Source of the DNA: an uncultured bacterium
Lineage (GTDB): Bacteria; Eisenbacteria; RBG-16-71-46
Direction of reading: 5' to 3'
Length of the DNA: 64,000 nt
NCBI GenBank assembly: GCA_964609125.1
Contig: CAZSQX010000006.1
Location: 13,016 to 77,015, forward strand
Below are positions 60,199 through 64,000 of the stretch, piece by piece; position 1 is the first letter of the stretch; each line of letters begins with the position of its first letter. The notes beneath the pieces were generated by a model, which was given only the letters and a program-made list of their open reading frames with translations, did no database searches and was not told the origin of the DNA. Position numbers and translations under genes: made by a program.

Positions 60199-63100
60199 TC
60201 AGCGAGTTCGCCGGAATTGGCGAACGCGGATCAAGCCGTACTTGCGAAGTCGGTATCGGAAGGCCTGCTCCGTGATCCCCAGGAAGCGGGCCGCGCTCGA
60301 CTGGTTCCCCCCGCTCCGATCAAGGGCCTCGAGGAGCCTCCGCTTCTCGAGCTCGGCCACGTGCTCGCGCAGTGGCCGCGCCCGGGCGGCCGCGGCGGCC
60401 CGGCGCGCCGGGCCGCGCGGGCCCGGTTCGTCGGGAGGAGGCTCGGGCCTGAGCACCGACTCGGATGACAGCGCCATCAGGCGCTCGATGTAGTTCTGCA
60501 ACTCGCGGACATTCCCCGGCCAGTCGTGCTGCATGAGAACGGCGAGCAGCCGGGGCGAGAGCACGGGCACGTCGCGACCCTGCTGCGAGGCGACCATCGC
60601 CGCGAACTGGCGCGCCAGCTCCGGGATGTCCGCCTTGCGTTCGCGCAGCGGCGGCAAGGCGATGGGCACGACGTTGAGCCGGTAGAACAGGTCCCTCCGG
60701 AACGACCCTTCGGCCACCAGCTTCGCAAGGTCCTGGTTCGTGGCCGCGATCACGCGAACGTCCACGTCCACCGGCCGCCCGCCACCCACGGGTGTCACCT
60801 TGCGATTCGAGAGAACGCCGAGCAACGCCACCTGCTGAGCGGGGGGCATCTCGCCGATCTCATCCAGGAACAGAGTGCCGCCGTTCGCCTCGACGAATCG
60901 GCCGGGCCGGGCGCGCACGCCGGTGGCCACGTTGTCGAGGATCCCGAACAGCTCGCTCTCGAGGAGGGTGGCGGGGATCGAGCCGCAGTTCACCATCACG
61001 AAGGGATTCATCGAGCGCGCGCCCGAGAAGTGGATCATGCGCGCGACCAGCTCCTTTCCGGTGCCGTTCTCGCCCGTCAGCAGCACCGTGCTGGAGATGC
61101 CGGACGCGCGCTCCACCACCGCCAGGACCTGGCGCATGGCGAGGCTGCGTCCCATGAAGTAAGGCAGCCGGAGCCGGGAGCTCACCTCGCGCCGGAGCGA
61201 GAGATTCTCGCCCACGAGCAGCTCGTTGGCGCGGCGGACCTGCTCGTGCCCCCGGCTGTTCTCGATGGCCACGGCGAGCAGGTGGGCGAAGCCTTCGAGC
61301 AGCCCGCGCTCGGCCACCCCGAACGCGTCCGCACGGCGGGAGTCGTCGAGGTAGACGGCGCCCACCACCTTGCCCGACACGAACATCGGCACGCAGAGGA
61401 TGCTGCGGAGTCCGAGCTCCACCATGCTGTTCGAGAGCTTCTCGAGGTCCGTGCTCGCATCGCCCAGGAGCAGGCTGCCGCCACTCCGAGCCACCCGCTG
61501 CACGACCTCGCGGCTGTAGCTCAGGGCCTGGTCACGGGTCGCGGCATCGATCGCGCCGTATTCCACGACCGGCTCCAGGTCGCCCTTGCCGGCGCCCGCC
61601 AGAACCAGGACACCGCGTTCGGCGTCGAGCTGGTCCACCGCCAGCCGCATGGCCCGCCGGCATAGCTCGTCCAGGTCGGGCTGGGAGTCGAGGAGCCGCG
61701 TGACGGACTCGAGCAGGTCCCGATCGCGGGTGACGACGCCGCCTCGCCCGCCGTGCCGGCGGTACCAGTCCACGGCCTGCGCCAGGGCGATTTCGCGCTG
61801 CGGATGGTCGCCGAGCCGTCCGAAGCCCGCCGCGGCGTCGCGGAGCCAGTCCGGCACCGGCGTGCGCGCCGCGAGCCCCGCCCGCGTCGCCACGCGGGCG
61901 AACTCGAGTGCTGCGGAGGCGGCCTCGTGCGGCGCGGGCAGCGCCGCGAATGCGGCCAGCGCCGCGGCGGCCGCGCGACTGCCTTCCACTGCCTGCCCCC
62001 GTGCGAGCGCCCACTCGGCGCGCAGCTGTCGGACGCACGCCTCGGCGTAGGGAGCGCTTCGTCCCTCGAACCAGCGCTCGGCTTCGGCGAGCCGCGCCTC
62101 GGCCTCGTCCAGCGCCTCGGCCCTCAGGGCGGCCCGGCCGCGCAACGCCGCCAGGATCGGCGTCGTGGTCTGAGCGGGGTCCGCCTCGGCGGAGCCGCAC
62201 TCCCAGACGCGCGCCGCCTCCGACCAGCGGCCGAGCCGCTTGCACGCGAGGCCGAACTCGATCCTGCACCAGGCCAGCTCGCCGGGCTGGGCCGCACGCT
62301 CCGCGGTGTCGAGCGCACGCTTCGAGGCGCGCAGGCTCGCTCCGGTGCGCCCGGTGACGCGCAGCGCCGTGGCCAGCGTGCGCCAGGCATAGGCTTCCCG
62401 CCCCCGCTCGTGTCGCCGCGTGGCGCGCAGCGCCGTGCGCGCGCGCTCCACCGCACGCGACGTACGTCCCGTGAGCGCATCGAGGAGCGTGAGGTGGACG
62501 AGCCCGAACGCGACCGCGCGAGGCCAGCCCTCCTCCAGCGCGACCCCAAGCGCCTGCGCCATGACCTCGCGCGCATCCGACCAGCGACCGCGCTCGACCA
62601 GCACCCAGGCCAGGTTGGTCGCCAGCTCGTTCTGAGGCAGGCGCGCTCCCTGGGAACGTGCCTCCTGGAGCGACTCGCGGTAGAGCCGCTCCGCGGTCTC
62701 GAAATCGCGCCGCATCCCCGCCACGAACGCACTCAGCCCCGTGCCGCGGATGCGCCCGAGCGTGTAGCCCGCCCGCGCGCCAGCCTCCACCGCCGATGCG
62801 GCCAGGGACCCGGCCTCGTCCACGCGGCCCTGGAACACGCAGAGGTTCCCCAGCGTGAACGCCGCCAGCGACAACGCCTCCCCGTCCCCCGAACTCTCGG
62901 CCAGTGACAGCGCCTCGCGCGCGGCCGCCTCGGCGGCAGGCGCATCGCCGGACGCCGAAAGTCGCATGGCCTCGTTCGTCAGGAGCAGCGCGCGTTCGCG
63001 AGCGTCGAGCGGCTCGGCGAGCGCCCGCTCGTGGAGCACGGACAGCTCCGCCAGCGAACCCGTGCGAAGGTATGCCCCGGACAGCGCGTGCCAGCGCGCG

Positions 63101-64000
63101 CCGCGCGACGGATCGTGGGGAGCCCGCGCGAGGGAGCGCTCGAGGTGCGGGATCGCCTCACGGTAGCGGCCTCGCTCGAGCAGCATGCGGCCGGCGCGAT
63201 CCTCCCAGCGCGCGGCCACCTCGGAGGGTCCGCCAGCCGCCACCCGGGCCGCCTCCAGCGCGAGCTCGACACCCGCGCCGTCGGCGAGTGCCCGCTCGGC
63301 TTCGGCGAGCGCCGCGGTCCCCTCGCCTGCTCCCGCCAGATGCATGAAGCGCCGCGCCGCCGAGTGGCCCGTCAGCCCCAGGGCCGCCCGGTGGAGCGCC
63401 CGGCGCGCCGATCCCTCGAGCTTGCCGCGCAGCGTGCGCGCGAAGCCCGGCGGCGAAAGCGAGCAGCGCCCTGTCTCGTCGCGCGAGATCAGTCCGGCGC
63501 CGGCGAGCGCCGCAAGCGCGCTCGAGTCCGCGCGTGGCTCGATCGCCAGCAGTTCCGCGGGCGCGAGGCCCGCCTCGTCCACCGCCAGTGCCGCCGCGGC
63601 GGCCCACGCCGGCTCTCCGAGGGAGCGCAGTCGAGCGAGGCGCTGCTCCTCGAGCCCCGCCGGGAGCGGCAGCGCCGCGAGCCGCTCTCGGTCAAGCGTG
63701 ATCCCCGAGTCTTCGTCGGCGATCGCCCCCGCCGCGGCGGCGGCCAGCAGCGCCTCGACCGCGAGACCGGGCTGTCCCCCCGAGCGCTCCCAGATCGCCC
63801 CGACGAGCGCGTCCGGCGGCGGATGCCGGAGTCGCGCCGCGATCAGATCCTGAAGCGCCGGTCGGTCGAGTGGGCCCAGCAGGAGCCGCTCGGCCCGACC
63901 CGCAGCCTGCCAGAGCCGCGCCGTGTCGGGGTCGCGGTCCTCGGAACCGGTCAGGCACCAGACCCAGCGCAGCGCACCCGCCAGCGGATGGAGGGCGAGC
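60199..64000 (-). CDS. Large multidomain bEBP: STAND-like NTPase region + TPR + GAF + sigma-54 AAA + HTH; 5'-truncated by window edge
   Basis: Frame stays open to the window edge (LLLGPLD...ERSGGQPGLAVE); TPR-like helices; GAF (SILCVPM..GAVYLD); GENGTGKE, LFLDEIG, RDLFYRL, WPGNVREL; GAFTGA loop reads NVATGV. Confidence 0.9.
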   Translation of the reverse strand, partial: LALHPLAGALRWVWCLTGSEDRDPDTARLWQAAGRAERLLLGPLDRPALQDLIAARLRHPPPDALVGAIWERSGGQPGLAVEALLAAAAAGAIADEDSGITLDRERLAALPLPAGLEEQRLARLRSLGEPAWAAAAALAVDEAGLAPAELLAIEPRADSSALAALAGAGLISRDETGRCSLSPPGFARTLRGKLEGSARRALHRAALGLTGHSAARRFMHLAGAGEGTAALAEAERALADGAGVELALEAARVAAGGPSEVAARWEDRAGRMLLERGRYREAIPHLERSLARAPHDPSRGARWHALSGAYLRTGSLAELSVLHERALAEPLDARERALLLTNEAMRLSASGDAPAAEAAAREALSLAESSGDGEALSLAAFTLGNLCVFQGRVDEAGSLAASAVEAGARAGYTLGRIRGTGLSAFVAGMRRDFETAERLYRESLQEARSQGARLPQNELATNLAWVLVERGRWSDAREVMAQALGVALEEGWPRAVAFGLVHLTLLDALTGRTSRAVERARTALRATRRHERGREAYAWRTLATALRVTGRTGASLRASKRALDTAERAAQPGELAWCRIEFGLACKRLGRWSEAARVWECGSAEADPAQTTTPILAALRGRAALRAEALDEAEARLAEAERWFEGRSAPYAEACVRQLRAEWALARGQAVEGSRAAAAALAAFAALPAPHEAASAALEFARVATRAGLAARTPVPDWLRDAAAGFGRLGDHPQREIALAQAVDWYRRHGGRGGVVTRDRDLLESVTRLLDSQPDLDELCRRAMRLAVDQLDAERGVLVLAGAGKGDLEPVVEYGAIDAATRDQALSYSREVVQRVARSGGSLLLGDASTDLEKLSNSMVELGLRSILCVPMFVSGKVVGAVYLDDSRRADAFGVAERGLLEGFAHLLAVAIENSRGHEQVRRANELLVGENLSLRREVSSRLRLPYFMGRSLAMRQVLAVVERASGISSTVLLTGENGTGKELVARMIHFSGARSMNPFVMVNCGSIPATLLESELFGILDNVATGVRARPGRFVEANGGTLFLDEIGEMPPAQQVALLGVLSNRKVTPVGGGRPVDVDVRVIAATNQDLAKLVAEGSFRRDLFYRLNVVPIALPPLRERKADIPELARQFAAMVASQQGRDVPVLSPRLLAVLMQHDWPGNVRELQNYIERLMALSSESVLRPEPPPDEPGPRGPARRAAAAARARPLREHVAELEKRRLLEALDRSGGNQSSAARFLGITEQAFRYRLRKYGLIRVRQFRRTR

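Overview
A very GC-rich (visually about 70-75%) bacterial chromosomal segment from a diderm organism (TonB receptor, lipoproteins); the taxon cannot be fixed from sequence alone. It contains the conserved origin-proximal housekeeping block rpmH-rnpA-yidD-yidC-jag-mnmE-mnmG-rsmG-parA-parB-bactofilin with three parS-like sites, but without the dnaA gene normally found divergent from rpmH. Other blocks: a translationally coupled btpA/sgcQ-pfkB-psuG nucleoside operon, ubiA-ubiX-ubiD, lexA followed by an IS200-TnpA-like gene, a HEAT + HD-domain pair, a GAF histidine kinase with an ECF sigma/FecR pair, a six-gene GT-C/esterase/ABC operon, queE-queC-queD, a candidate 6S RNA, a GH13 enzyme and fhs. 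The two most unusual items are (1) a 9.5 kb same-strand sigma-54 locus (54.4-64 kb) with three enhancer-binding proteins (two with phosphoacceptor-less receivers), three -24/-12 promoters, tandem UAS-like boxes and an orphan FlaF-like gene coupled to a degenerate GAF-PP2C behind a strongly structured leader; and (2) a TnpA-like HUH protein lacking the catalytic tyrosine that sits behind an apparent LexA box. No rRNA, tRNA or CRISPR array was seen. Family assignments come from motif recognition by eye, not from database searches.
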